A program made the translations under genes and the position numbers. From positions 2,346,382 to 2,410,381 of the forward strand of contig CAVQDB010000005.1 in the NCBI GenBank assembly GCA_963711155.1: a stretch of 64,000 nucleotides of DNA, written 5' to 3'. Below are positions 20,700 to 30,918 of this stretch, piece by piece. Each line of letters starts with the position of its first letter. Within the stretch, counting starts at the first letter, position 1. This DNA is from an uncultured Armatimonadetes bacterium. GTDB taxonomy: Bacteria > Armatimonadota > UBA5829. The notes under the pieces are model-generated. The model was not told where the DNA came from. It saw nothing but the letters and a program-made list of their open reading frames with translations, and did no database searches.

Positions 20700-21750
20700 A
20701 CGGCCTGTCCCATCTTCTGGAGTGTGTAAAATGCTTTTTGGTTCTCCACCCTCTTGGTGTTGTGTATATCGGTTAGGCTGCCAGTGCTATCTTCTTTCTC
20801 TTGCGAAGCCTGGGCTGCCAGATGTCTTTGCCTGACCAGCGTCCGTTGAGCCAGAAGAAGACTTTGTATACGGCCCTGTTGCACGCCTCACGGTTGGCGA
20901 ATGCTCCACAGCCGAACTGTTGTCTGCGCAGCTCAAGAAAGACTCTCTCGATGGGATTGCTGGTCCGCACGTACTCCCAGTGCAGTTCGGGACAGGTAAA
21001 GAACGCCAGCAAGCGACCTGAGTCTTCCTCGACGCTTGCCACCACATTTGGATATCTCTGCCGCCAGCGGACACACCAGCGCCCCAAAGCTTTCTTGGCA
21101 GTCATCAGATTGGCGCCTGATATACCGTCCCTCAGACCAGGCGACCACTGCCTTGCGATCACAAGCGTTTACAGCCTTGCGCACTTGCGCATGGCGATGA
21201 GCCCAGCACAGCTGATGGGGCGCGTCGCGCAGAGACCTCTGAGGCCGCTTTGAGCAGTCCACCGATGCTCGTCCGAGATCACCATCCCCAACTCAGAAGG
21301 CGTCAGCCCACGGCTCACCAGCTGGGCTAGGAAACCACGCCAGTTCGACTCATTCTCAAGCGAGGTTCTCTCGAAACCAAGGATCTCTTTCTCGCCTGAG
21401 TATGTGACGCCGACGGCAGTCATAATGCAGATGCGTGTCGCATTCAAGCCAACGATGTCCTTGGCCCAGGCGGCATCCAGGAACAGATACTCATAGCGAC
21501 CTCTAGTGGACGCTCTTTGAACTCCTTTACGCGCTTGTCCAGTTCCCCCTGGACCCGCCTCAGCACTGTGTCGCTGGGTCGGCAGCCGGTCGTCGATTCC
21601 AACAGCCGGATCACCTCAGACCGTCTTAAGCCGGCCATCAGGGCCTTGTCCACCCAGCCCTCCACCTGCGCGATCGCGCGGTGGCCGGGATCAAGAAAGG
21701 AAGACGCGAAGCCCCGGCCCCGCAATCGGGGTATCCGGATGTCCATCAGC
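20700..21750 (-). mobile_element. IS256-family (Mutator-type) transposase remnant, 5'-truncated, with several indels
   Basis: Fragments read in order: IRIPRLR, EY-LFLDA, AVGV..SGEKEILG, MVISDEH-GL, HQLCWAH, RTSNPIERVFLELRR. The stop is at 20773. A TGTGTAA-containing IR-like end lies near 20701-20729. The region corresponding to the transposase N-terminus and left end is missing. Confidence 0.85.
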
Positions 21751-21756
21751 AGCCCG

Positions 21757-23595
21757 CTACCTCCTGTCCCACCTCAGGTTCTTGAAGACGGGCGGGGAGT
21801 CTACGGGTGCTACGCCGGTCAGGCTTATGGATCTCACGCCGTCCCATTTGGAAAGCGGGTTGCCGTCCGCGTCCTTGAAACTCGACGGATCGAAGCGCAG
21901 CGTTACGAAACCCGCGGCGTCGCGCTTGACTTCCGGCTTGGCGGAGTAGGCGGCCCGCCTGTTCTTGGGGGCCTCGCAGTCGAGGATCACGGTCAGCTCG
22001 CTGGGGGCGCGGGGGGCGTAGTAGTCGAGCAGCAGGGCCTTGTCATCAGCGCCGCCTCTCCACTCCGGGTCGCCGATCCTCCTGGTGGCGAAGTAGAACT
22101 TCAGCGTGCCGTCCTTGTTGACGAAGGGCGGGTTGTCGCACTCGAAGGGGTTGACGGTGAAGCCGCGTTCGCCGGCGGGGCCGGTCCAGGGCTTGAGGTA
22201 GTATTCGTAGATCTTGGGGTCGGGGTATGCGGGGACCCAGTGCCACTGGTCCGAGTTGCCCATCGAATCGACGAGCGCCTCGCGCTGGAGAGTGGGCTTG
22301 ACGCCTTGCAGTAACGCCGTGTTGGCCTCGACCAGCTTCGAGCTCACTTCCCTGCCGTCGCCATAGGCGACGTTTGCGAACGCGAAGATCCTATCGCCTG
22401 CGGTCATGAATGGCGCGTCGGCGACGTAGGAGTCGCCGTCCTTGCGAACCGGTGTCGCCAGCCTCCAGTAGCGGGTCGTGGGCACAGAGTCGTTCAGACA
22501 GTAGTAGACGTCCACCTTTTCGATGCGGCTGGAATCATCGGTGGTCACTCTGATCCGAGGTACGCCTCCGGCGGAGGCTATCTCGACGCCGGGCGTCCTG
22601 GGCCACGGGCCGCCTTTGCCCTTGAGCTGCCAGTCCATCCACATCGGGAGCGATTTGCTCTCGGGCGGCTCCATGTGGTGGCTGGAACGCGGCGTGTAGA
22701 GCTGCCGGACGGTGGCCGAGCCGAGCGCGTCCACGCAGTAGAGCGCGTTATCGAGGTTGAAGGAGCCGTCATTGGTGGCCGTCATGTAGAGCACCGGGAC
22801 GGTTATCAGCGGAGCGTAGAAGCCGGGACAGCTAGGCGTTTCGTTGAACTTGGACATCACCACGTCGGGCGAAGGATTGTTGAGGCGCAGCCCGCTGCTG
22901 TCGCAGAGGGCATAGCCGGCGCCGTAGATCGGGACGATGGTCTTGACGCGACTGTCGGCAGCGGCAAGCAGCCAGGCCATGTAACCGCCCGCCGAGACCC
23001 CGTACGCGCCCAGCTTGTCCGGGTTGACGCGGGGATGCGATTCCAGCAGAGTAAGCGAGCGCCTGGCGGTGTTGGTGAAGTGATACCAACTGTCGCATTT
23101 GAGCGGATCGACGCCGGGGTTGGCCGCGGGGCCCAGCATAATCTTCTCGACCGGCGCGCCCCATTTCGTGAAGTGCTCGCGCTTATACTCCGGCAGGTTG
23201 TATTTGTTCGTGTCGCCGGAGAAGTCGAAACTGACGCAGACGTAGCCGCGCTTCGCCCAGAACCGCACCCACTCCAGATACGCGGTCTGACCGCCGCCGT
23301 GGCAGTAGAGAATGCCCGGAAGGTTTTTGCCCGTTCTGGGCGCGCCGCGGTAGGCGTAGACGCGGGTCTTGACGCCGTCGGTGATCTCGCCGGTGAAGTA
23401 GAGCTGCTCGATGTGGATGTCGCCTTCGTCCCATTCCTTGACCATCTCGATCTCGAGCGGGTCCTTGGAGGGATCGAAGCCGGCGTAGAGGGCCTTGATC
23501 TTCGACGAGACCTCCGAACCGGCGGTGGCGGCGAGCGCGGCCGTCGCCAGCGTGACTGCGGCGCACGCCGCAATGATCAGCTTCATAGTCATCAT
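21757..23595 (-). CDS. Secreted alpha/beta hydrolase (dienelactone hydrolase / acetylxylan esterase-like)
   Basis: Intact 612-aa ORF with signal peptide; ILYCHGGG oxyanion motif, GAYGVSAGG nucleophile elbow, ATND and SSHH as candidate acid and His. Confidence 0.8.
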   Translation of the reverse strand: MMTMKLIIAACAAVTLATAALAATAGSEVSSKIKALYAGFDPSKDPLEIEMVKEWDEGDIHIEQLYFTGEITDGVKTRVYAYRGAPRTGKNLPGILYCHGGGQTAYLEWVRFWAKRGYVCVSFDFSGDTNKYNLPEYKREHFTKWGAPVEKIMLGPAANPGVDPLKCDSWYHFTNTARRSLTLLESHPRVNPDKLGAYGVSAGGYMAWLLAAADSRVKTIVPIYGAGYALCDSSGLRLNNPSPDVVMSKFNETPSCPGFYAPLITVPVLYMTATNDGSFNLDNALYCVDALGSATVRQLYTPRSSHHMEPPESKSLPMWMDWQLKGKGGPWPRTPGVEIASAGGVPRIRVTTDDSSRIEKVDVYYCLNDSVPTTRYWRLATPVRKDGDSYVADAPFMTAGDRIFAFANVAYGDGREVSSKLVEANTALLQGVKPTLQREALVDSMGNSDQWHWVPAYPDPKIYEYYLKPWTGPAGERGFTVNPFECDNPPFVNKDGTLKFYFATRRIGDPEWRGGADDKALLLDYYAPRAPSELTVILDCEAPKNRRAAYSAKPEVKRDAAGFVTLRFDPSSFKDADGNPLSKWDGVRSISLTGVAPVDSPPVFKNLRWDRR

Positions 23596-25626
23596 CTACT
23601 CCCTGGTGGTTATCTGAGCGAACAGGCCGGCGATACTCTTCTGTCGGGCGTCGCCGGCGGTCGAGTAGCGGTTCATCATGGTCTCGAAGCCCGTGTACAT
23701 ACTCGTGCACGCGTCCTGCAGCCAGGCCATGGTGGAGTTGCGGATGCCGGCGTCCAACTGGGAGTAGAGCCCGGCGTCGTTCATGGCGGCCCTCGCCCGG
23801 TAGGCGTCGAAGGCAGCGATTGCTTCCGCGAGGAAGGCCCGCTCGTAGTCCGCGCCGGGGATTCCGGCGAGCTTGTCCCTCATGGACGCTAGGACACGAT
23901 ATTGCTCGGCCAGAGCCTGCGGAAGTTCCTTGGTAGTGGCGGGACACTGCGGGTCCTCGGTGGTGAAGCTCGTGTCGGGCTTCTGGGTATCCGCGGGCCA
24001 GTTGCCGCCGGTCACGATCTCAACGTTCGCATGCTCGGGCAGATCGGCGTAGCGCAGGACGACGTGATCGGCTGCGTCGACGCGGGCTTTCTTGCCGTTG
24101 ATGGATAGCGCAATCACGTTGGGGCCGGCGTTGGTAACGCCGATCGCGATGCGCTTGCTGCCAAACCGGATCGGCTCCTTCTGGGAGTACTGCGTGACGC
24201 TCGCGGGAATGTGGGGATACAGCTCCAGGCTGTCCGCCTTGTAGACGTATTCGAACAGCCCTCTGGCAACCGCCGCGAACGGGCCAAGGGCATCGTAGCA
24301 GAGCGCGGTGCTGCGCCGGGTTCCATCCGCTCTTGCCGAAGAAGCCGAGCGGGGCATCGAGCTTGAAGCCCTGAGCGAGTCCGAAGCTGGCCTTCATCGA
24401 CCTGGCGATGTCGTCATAGTGTCCGGTGCGGGCGTAGGCCATGATCGCGCGGGCTTCCATGGTAGTCCACACACCGCCGTTGACCCACTTGCCGTACTCC
24501 ATCAGCTTGTCCACCGCCATCGAGGCCGCGCTCTTGCTGCCGCCATCGAGGTAGATGTCGTCGAGCGACGGATAGTTGGTGATGAGCATGTCGCAGGGGC
24601 GAAGCTCGGGGATCGACGTGATCCTCGAGACGATCTTGCCCGCAAGGGCGTCATCGACGGCGCGAAAACAGACGGCATCGACATTCGGGGCCACCTCGAA
24701 GTAGCCGAACTGCTTTTGCCCGAGGACGCCGTGTTTGATTCCGCCTGTTTCCACAAACTTGACGAAGTACGCGTCGTCGGTCAGCAGCGTGGGCAGGGAG
24801 TCGCGGGTGATCTTGCGCCTGTGCTCGTAGACGGCGACCTTGCCGGCGTCTCCGGCCATCTTTTCGAGCTCGATCATCCGATCCAACGCGGCGAGGTAGT
24901 TGATGGAGAGGCCGGCGAGGTAGGCTCTACCGTAGGTTCCGTTGGGCATGGGCTGGCCGCCGTAGCTGGGCGCGAGCAGGTTCGACGCGGGGCCGACCAG
25001 GAACAGGTTGTTTCTGGCGTCGCGGCGGCGTTCGATGAAGTCGCAAGAGCGCTCCAGCTTGGGCAGGTAGCGGCGGATGGCGTCCGTGTCGCGACCGATC
25101 AGGAGCAGCTCCGCCTGCATCACGACGCCCGCGGCCGCGCCTTCGTAGAACCAGTCGTGCCGCTTGTGCAGCGAGGTGTCCATGTCGCCCTGCTTGTAGA
25201 TAACCGAGGTCGGACCTGCGCAGTCGCAGAGGCTGCCGTCAGGAGCCGGCTCCGGCGGGAAGCTGCCGACGCGCTTGCCGTCGCCCTCGAACTTGAACCA
25301 CAAGTCCTGCGCGTTCTGCAGGGCGGTGATCCAGGGCTCGCTCAGGAACGGCAGCGAGCAGTAGGTGGGGCCGTAGCTGTTCTGAATCCACCACATGTAC
25401 CAGCTCATGTCTCGCAAAGCCGCTCCTCCTTGCCGAGGTAGAGCATCGAGATGTTCTGCCGGTATGGGTTCGCGTGGAAGAAGCCGAATGATTGGTCGAT
25501 CAGCCGCAGGTAGCCGACGTCGCCCTTGCCGGAGCAGTAGGTCCCGTCGTAGTCCGCGGCGGATGCCATCGCCGATAGTCCGATCAGTCCGATAGCGATC
25601 AATGCCAGACTCCGTGCAATGTTCAT
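23596..25626 (-). CDS. Secreted six-hairpin-glycosidase-like hypothetical protein; apparent frameshifts near 25420 and 24315
   Basis: The start MNIARSLALIAIG at 25626 overlaps the upstream stop (ATGA). It continues into ORF 24020..25417 (WWIQNSYGPTY, DWFYEG, KWVNGGVWTTMEAR) and then the C-terminal part of 23596..24357. Confidence 0.6.
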
Positions 25627-28609
25627 CGCGACGACCCCTTGCCGGGTCTCGCCAGTGTCAGATCGATTGCCTTGGGCGTATTCCACGCCGAGATGGTGAC
25701 GCTCAGATCGGCGAGACGGGCCTTGATGGGGCTGGCTGTGACGTTGTCTATGCCGGTCATATCGATGCGAACCGTCCCGACGATCTCCTTCTGCTCGCCC
25801 GGCCGGAGCCAGAAGTAGTTGTCGGACCAGAGGACGCTGCAGGCGTCCGGGTTGAGCGATAAGCGCACGGGATAGGCCGGTTTCTTGCCGGTATTTTGCA
25901 CGATCAGTCTGACTCGCGCCTCCTTGCCGGACTGGGATGCGCCGAGGACCTTTGCAGCAAGTGTGGTCGGGCTGGCCTCCAACTGGGGCCGGAGCCAGGG
26001 GCCGGTCTTGGTGAGCTGGGTCTCGGCAGGCTTCGCCTTCCACTCGGCGCGCTTGGTTGGATCGGCAAGCTCGCCCCATATCTTGAGCGGGTATGCCTGG
26101 CGGGAGAGCTGCTTTCCATCGGAGTCTGACAGAGTCAGTTCGAGGAAGAAGAAGCTCTCGGGCGTGCCGGCGGGTATCTGCCAGGCGATGGTCTTGGTGG
26201 GTGACGGGTAGCCGTTGGCGGGCAGGGCGACGGTCCAGGTCTTGCTCTCGACCTCGTCGAGCTTGCTGTCGAGCACCCTGGCGACGAGCTTCGCGTTGCT
26301 GAGCGGGAGCGGAGGCGTCGTTGACCGCGCCGACGTCGGCCATGAACTCGTCACCCGCGCCCCAGGTCAGAAACGTCTTGCCGTAGACGTGAACCGGCTC
26401 GAATGCGCGCTTGACCGCGTAGTAGGTGATCTTGGGCTGGCCGAACCAGTCGATTATGCTCCAGTCGCTGAGCGGGCTGTGGCTGTTATAGGTCCAGACG
26501 GTCTCGCCGCCCTTGTAGGGGAACCCGGCGCGCCAGTTCTCGAAGACGTAGCCGTAGGTCTCGGCATGAGACATCTGCGAGTATTCGATCATCTCCGGGA
26601 TCGTGGCCTTGCCGAAGTCGGCGTAGTAGGACGGCCGGTTCCAGAGGATCTTGGCGACGCGGTCGGCCTCGGTAAAGCGGTCGTGCCACACGGGGTGCTT
26701 GGCCATGAACGCCGTCGCGTCGTAGCCGACGGGCTGGTTGCCAAGTTCACTGGCGGGCAGGACGCGCTTGAGCTGGGAGTAGTTGGCATACGACATCAGC
26801 GACCACTCGGAAACGAAGTTCACGTTCTCGCCGAACCATCTGATATACGAGTTCGGGTCGCCGATCCAGAGATCGAGAAACGCCTGCTCGTTGAAGAGGC
26901 CGTGCGCGAAGTAGGAGTGATGGCTGCCCGCGCTGGGGGAGTTTATCCGCCACGGGCGGTCGTCATACGACGCCACGATCTCGCGTGCGATGCCCATGTA
27001 GGTGATCAGGCCGACCGCGTAGGGCGAGAACTCATTGCCGCCGACGTAGACGGCGAGCGACGGATGCTGCCGCAGGCGCAGGACGGACTGCTTGAGCTGC
27101 TCGCGCCAGACGGTGAGCGGTATCTTCGAATCCCTGTGCCAGCAGAACTGAAGGTCCTGCCAGACGAGGATGCCGTTCTCGTCGCACTGCTGGTAGAACC
27201 TGTCTGTTTCGAGCAGGCAGTTGCCCCCGTTGAGGCGGAAGAAGTTGATTCCCGCGTTTTTCGCGGCGCGAATGAGCCACTTCTCGCGGTCGGGGTCGAG
27301 GGCAAGAATGTCGTCCTGGGTCATCCAACAGACACCCTTGCCGTAGACCGGCCTGCCGTTGACGACGAAGAGGTAGCGGTAGGATTCGTCGGAGTTGTGC
27401 AGGGCATCGTCGTCGACGGCGGTGTCCGCGGCCCAGAGATCGGGCCGACCCCAGGGCACGGAGTTGCCAGGCTCCGGCGCGGGCTTGACATCGAGCGACC
27501 ACACGTCGGGCCGCTGCGGGTTGGAGCGGGGCTTGTCGGGCAGGTATGGGTTGCGCTCTATCGTCAGGGTCCTTATGCCGAACCTGGCGTCGATCGAGTC
27601 CATGCGGCTCTTGCCCCGGGAAAGCGACAGCTCGATGCGGTAGAGGTTCTGCGGCCCCATACCGTTGGGCCACCAGAGATTCGGCTTGGCGATCTTGATA
27701 CCTTGCTCCCAGAACGACGTGCCCCTGGGCACAGCCTGGTCGAAGTCGGCTTCCCAGACGACCTTGTTGGACGCCGCGTCGAGAATGCGGGCGTGGATCG
27801 TGCCGGTGAAGCGCTCGCCGGTATTGAGGACCATCGCCTGCGCGAAGAGTGTAGCGGTGTTGTTGGCGATGCTGACCGTGCGAACGTAGGGCGCTTCGAG
27901 GTAGGCGGCGCCGGTCGCGACCAGGCGGACCGGCTGCCAGAGGCCGATGGTCCTATACATGTTGCCCCAACTGCGGTGCCCCATCTGCGCGCGGGACTTC
28001 ATCGTTTCGGCGTCGTCGAGGCCGTGCAGCAGACGGACCATCAGAGTGTGCGTGGAACCGGGGGACAGCGAGGCGGTCACGTCGAGTGTAGGGCCGCCGA
28101 ACATGCCCGCGTGCGAACCGAGATACTTGCCATCGAGCCAGATGGAGCCGAGGTAGTCCATCCCGTCGAACCGAAGCCGGATGACCTTGCCCTTCCATGC
28201 CTCGGGCACAGTGAAGGTGGTTCGCAGGAGCCAGTCGGAGTCCTGGATCCACTGGAGCTGCTTGAAGTTGTCGGCGTACCAGGGGTTGGCGATCTTGCCG
28301 GCCTTGTAGAGCGCGTAGTGGACGCTCGCCGGCATTGTGACGTCGGTCCAGTCGAGGCTGTCGATGTCGCCGCCGGGTGTGTCGGGTGCCTTTGCGAGCT
28401 GCCATTTCGTCAGCACGGTCTGGGTGGACGGCGAAGTCGCAGTCTCGGGGCGCTGCGAGATCGGGTAGATGCCGTAGATCAGCGTCTGTTTGGCGCCATC
28501 GACCGTCATAGCGAGGGCGTCCGGGTCCGCGGACGCAGCGACTCCACACGCCGACAGGGCAATAAGCCCGGCAATTGCGTGACATGCTCAGTCTCCAGTA
28601 GTTGCTCAT
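25623..28609 (-). CDS. GH2 beta-mannosidase-like glycoside hydrolase; apparent frameshifts near 28580 and 26306
   Basis: Motifs LRFDGMDY, GLWQPVRL, RFGIRT, VNGRPVYGKG, LVWQD, LRQHPSL...GGNE (acid/base), FVSEW (nucleophile) and DWSIIDWFGQPK. The signal peptide AIAGLIALSACGVAASA is in a shifted frame. The start is 28609 or 28585. Confidence 0.85.
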
Positions 28610-28623
28610 GTCGAGATACCGTC

Positions 28624-30918
28624 CTAGTTCAGCTCCATAACGACCATGGCATGCACATCGAGCGACGGCACGGTGACCTCGTGCATGCCCGGCGAATCGA
28701 CCGGCTTGAGGTCGATGCCCTCCGGCTCCAGGTGCACGCGCTTGACGTTGCTGAGGTGATAGCGCAGCTTGATGCCCGCGATGGGAACGCTCTCCTCGCG
28801 AAGGGGCACATCGACCTCCGGCAGGCCATGGTCGCTGGTGGTGTTGATGCCGTTGAAGAGCTGGATCACGAGCCGCTCGCCCGAGCTGTCCTTCTGCCTG
28901 AAGAACGTGCTCTGGACGCACATCGGAGCCTCGACCTCGATGGCCGGCTGCGCGTTGGCTGCCCATCTGATCGCACTGGCCATCACGATCCGCTCGTAGG
29001 GGTAGCAGTAGCTGAAGCAGGCCGCGTCGAACCCGGCGGCCATGTAGACCACGCGCCCCTGGCCGGATTGGCCCATCACGACAGCCGGGATTGGATCGAG
29101 GCCCTCCGGGAACATGATCATCGCACGCTTCATCGGCGGGCGGGCGTCGCTCATCTTGACCAGCGGCCCTTTGAAACTCGCCTGCGCCACGTTGCAGATC
29201 AGAGCCATTCTCGGATCGTTGATGAGTTCGTCGGTTTGGATGTCACCCGCTCCCCAGCGCATCTCCGCCGTGCCCATTCGCTTGGCCCAGTAGCTGTCGT
29301 CTATTACTTTGGCGAAGTTGGCGTCGATCTCGGCGTGCGTCTTGGGCGCCGCGGGCCTTCCGAGGTAGTCCACGCCAAAAACATCGGCCAGGGCGAAGTT
29401 GCTGCGCGGCTGGCCAAGTTCGTTACAGAGCGATGTCTCGCAGGTGGCAACAAGCCCGCCTCCGGCTTTGACGTAGTCCCTGATCACGTTGACCTGTTCG
29501 TCCGAGAGCGCGGCGGCGTTCGGCAAGATCAGAACCCTGTAGGGCTTGAGCCGCTCGGGAGTCAGGTCCATGTCCGTGATCAGCGTGACCGGCAGGTGCT
29601 CTTCCATGCCGACTCTGAACGCGCCGAGAGCGTGTGCGAGGAACCGTTCCATTATCTGTCCGCCGGCGTAGAACTGCCGGGTCTGCTCGCTGACCAGAAG
29701 CGCGGCCCACGGCTCCTGCTGGGCCTTGATGAACCACTTCTTGCGCTTGCCGATCTCGCGCATGGTCATGTCTCCGGCTTGTTTGCCGCATGCGGGGGGC
29801 ATCGCGATGGGCGTGATGGCGCCGTTGGTCATCGCCATCATGCATCGGACGAAAAGCTCGTGTCTGGGGAAGCTGGACGTGCTGTAGGGGTTGCCGCGCG
29901 ACATGATATACGGCTCGCAGGCTCCGACACGGCCGCCGTTGACGGCACGGACGTAGGCCGCGCCGAACGCCGGAACTACGCTCGCGCCGAGGTTGACCTC
30001 GTCGAGCCACCATTCCTGGACCGGACAGTCGAATATCTCGTTCATTCTGGCGGACATCACGCGCGGGCTGGTGAGGAAGTGGCCGTAGCGGCCGGCGTTG
30101 ACGGTCCAGGTGTAGATGGCGGTGTTGGGGCTGATCTGGCGAAGGCGCTCGTGGAGCTTGGCATACCAGTCCTCCAGCTTCTGGTCGGCCCAGAGCAGAT
30201 ATGCGAGGTAGTCCGGGTCGGCCAGGTCAACGTTCTTTGGGAACTTGCGGCCTGTTTCCTTCTCGTAGAGTGCTACTTCGTAGGGATTGTAGTTGATGAC
30301 CTCGTGGTAGCAGCCGTCGAACGAGACGCCATCGACGCCATAGGTCTTGACTATCTCGGCGATGTTCGCGATTGCGTAGTCGCCATAGGGTGTGAACAGC
30401 CCGAGGTGGCGGTAGTTCACGTTTTCCGGCTTTGTCAGGTCGAGGCTGGGATCGGCCGGCTTAGTGTCAGGAGTTCGCATCACGAGCCATTCCTGGTGTT
30501 TCTTCGCCAGCTCAGGCGGAGCGTAAGGCGTGATGCCGATGATGATGCGCATGCCGTCCTTGCGGGCCCGCGCGTACCACTCCTTCAACATGCGGTCCTG
30601 ATCGGCAGGCGGGCCGGACTTGGGATCGTCTACCTTTAGGGGGTAGTAGAGGTCGGGGCCTCCGGTGTGTAGGACGGTCACGCCCATCGCGGCGAGCGCG
30701 TCAATGCCGTCGAGGTGGCCGGGATCGCTGGGATTCGGGAAGTAGAACGCCTTCTGCACGCCTTCGTAGACCCAGTCCGGCGGCTCGCTGGGCTTGAAGT
30801 CACGGTCCTGGGTATACCACTTCAGGCCGGCCATAGTCAGAGGCTCGACGGCCGCGGCCGGCGCACAGACGGCTGCCAGGATCGCCAGGATGAGAAAGAG
30901 CTGCAAGGTACGGTTCAT
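28624..30918 (-). CDS. GHL6-like TIM barrel + trimerisation-domain glycoside hydrolase, paralog 5, intact and divergent
   Basis: The start MNRTLQLF has a GAGG RBS and a signal peptide follows. Motifs: KHQEW, TPYGDY, DGVSFDG, VLILPNAAALS, GGGLVATCETS. It lacks the CYCxxC cluster. Confidence 0.8.
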   Translation of the reverse strand: MNRTLQLFLILAILAAVCAPAAAVEPLTMAGLKWYTQDRDFKPSEPPDWVYEGVQKAFYFPNPSDPGHLDGIDALAAMGVTVLHTGGPDLYYPLKVDDPKSGPPADQDRMLKEWYARARKDGMRIIIGITPYAPPELAKKHQEWLVMRTPDTKPADPSLDLTKPENVNYRHLGLFTPYGDYAIANIAEIVKTYGVDGVSFDGCYHEVINYNPYEVALYEKETGRKFPKNVDLADPDYLAYLLWADQKLEDWYAKLHERLRQISPNTAIYTWTVNAGRYGHFLTSPRVMSARMNEIFDCPVQEWWLDEVNLGASVVPAFGAAYVRAVNGGRVGACEPYIMSRGNPYSTSSFPRHELFVRCMMAMTNGAITPIAMPPACGKQAGDMTMREIGKRKKWFIKAQQEPWAALLVSEQTRQFYAGGQIMERFLAHALGAFRVGMEEHLPVTLITDMDLTPERLKPYRVLILPNAAALSDEQVNVIRDYVKAGGGLVATCETSLCNELGQPRSNFALADVFGVDYLGRPAAPKTHAEIDANFAKVIDDSYWAKRMGTAEMRWGAGDIQTDELINDPRMALICNVAQASFKGPLVKMSDARPPMKRAMIMFPEGLDPIPAVVMGQSGQGRVVYMAAGFDAACFSYCYPYERIVMASAIRWAANAQPAIEVEAPMCVQSTFFRQKDSSGERLVIQLFNGINTTSDHGLPEVDVPLREESVPIAGIKLRYHLSNVKRVHLEPEGIDLKPVDSPGMHEVTVPSLDVHAMVVMELN

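Noticed and set aside
25405-28509. Single 1034-aa fusion ORF
   Set aside because: An artefact of the frameshift near 26306: the frame runs through nonsense sequence and then into the true N-terminus (MNIARS...) of the next gene
26215-30639. 1474-aa plus-strand ORF and other long antisense ORFs (e.g. 4645..6231, 1461..2489, 14141..15346, 31254..32255)
   Set aside because: They are shadow ORFs opposite well-supported genes in GC-rich DNA, with no family motifs
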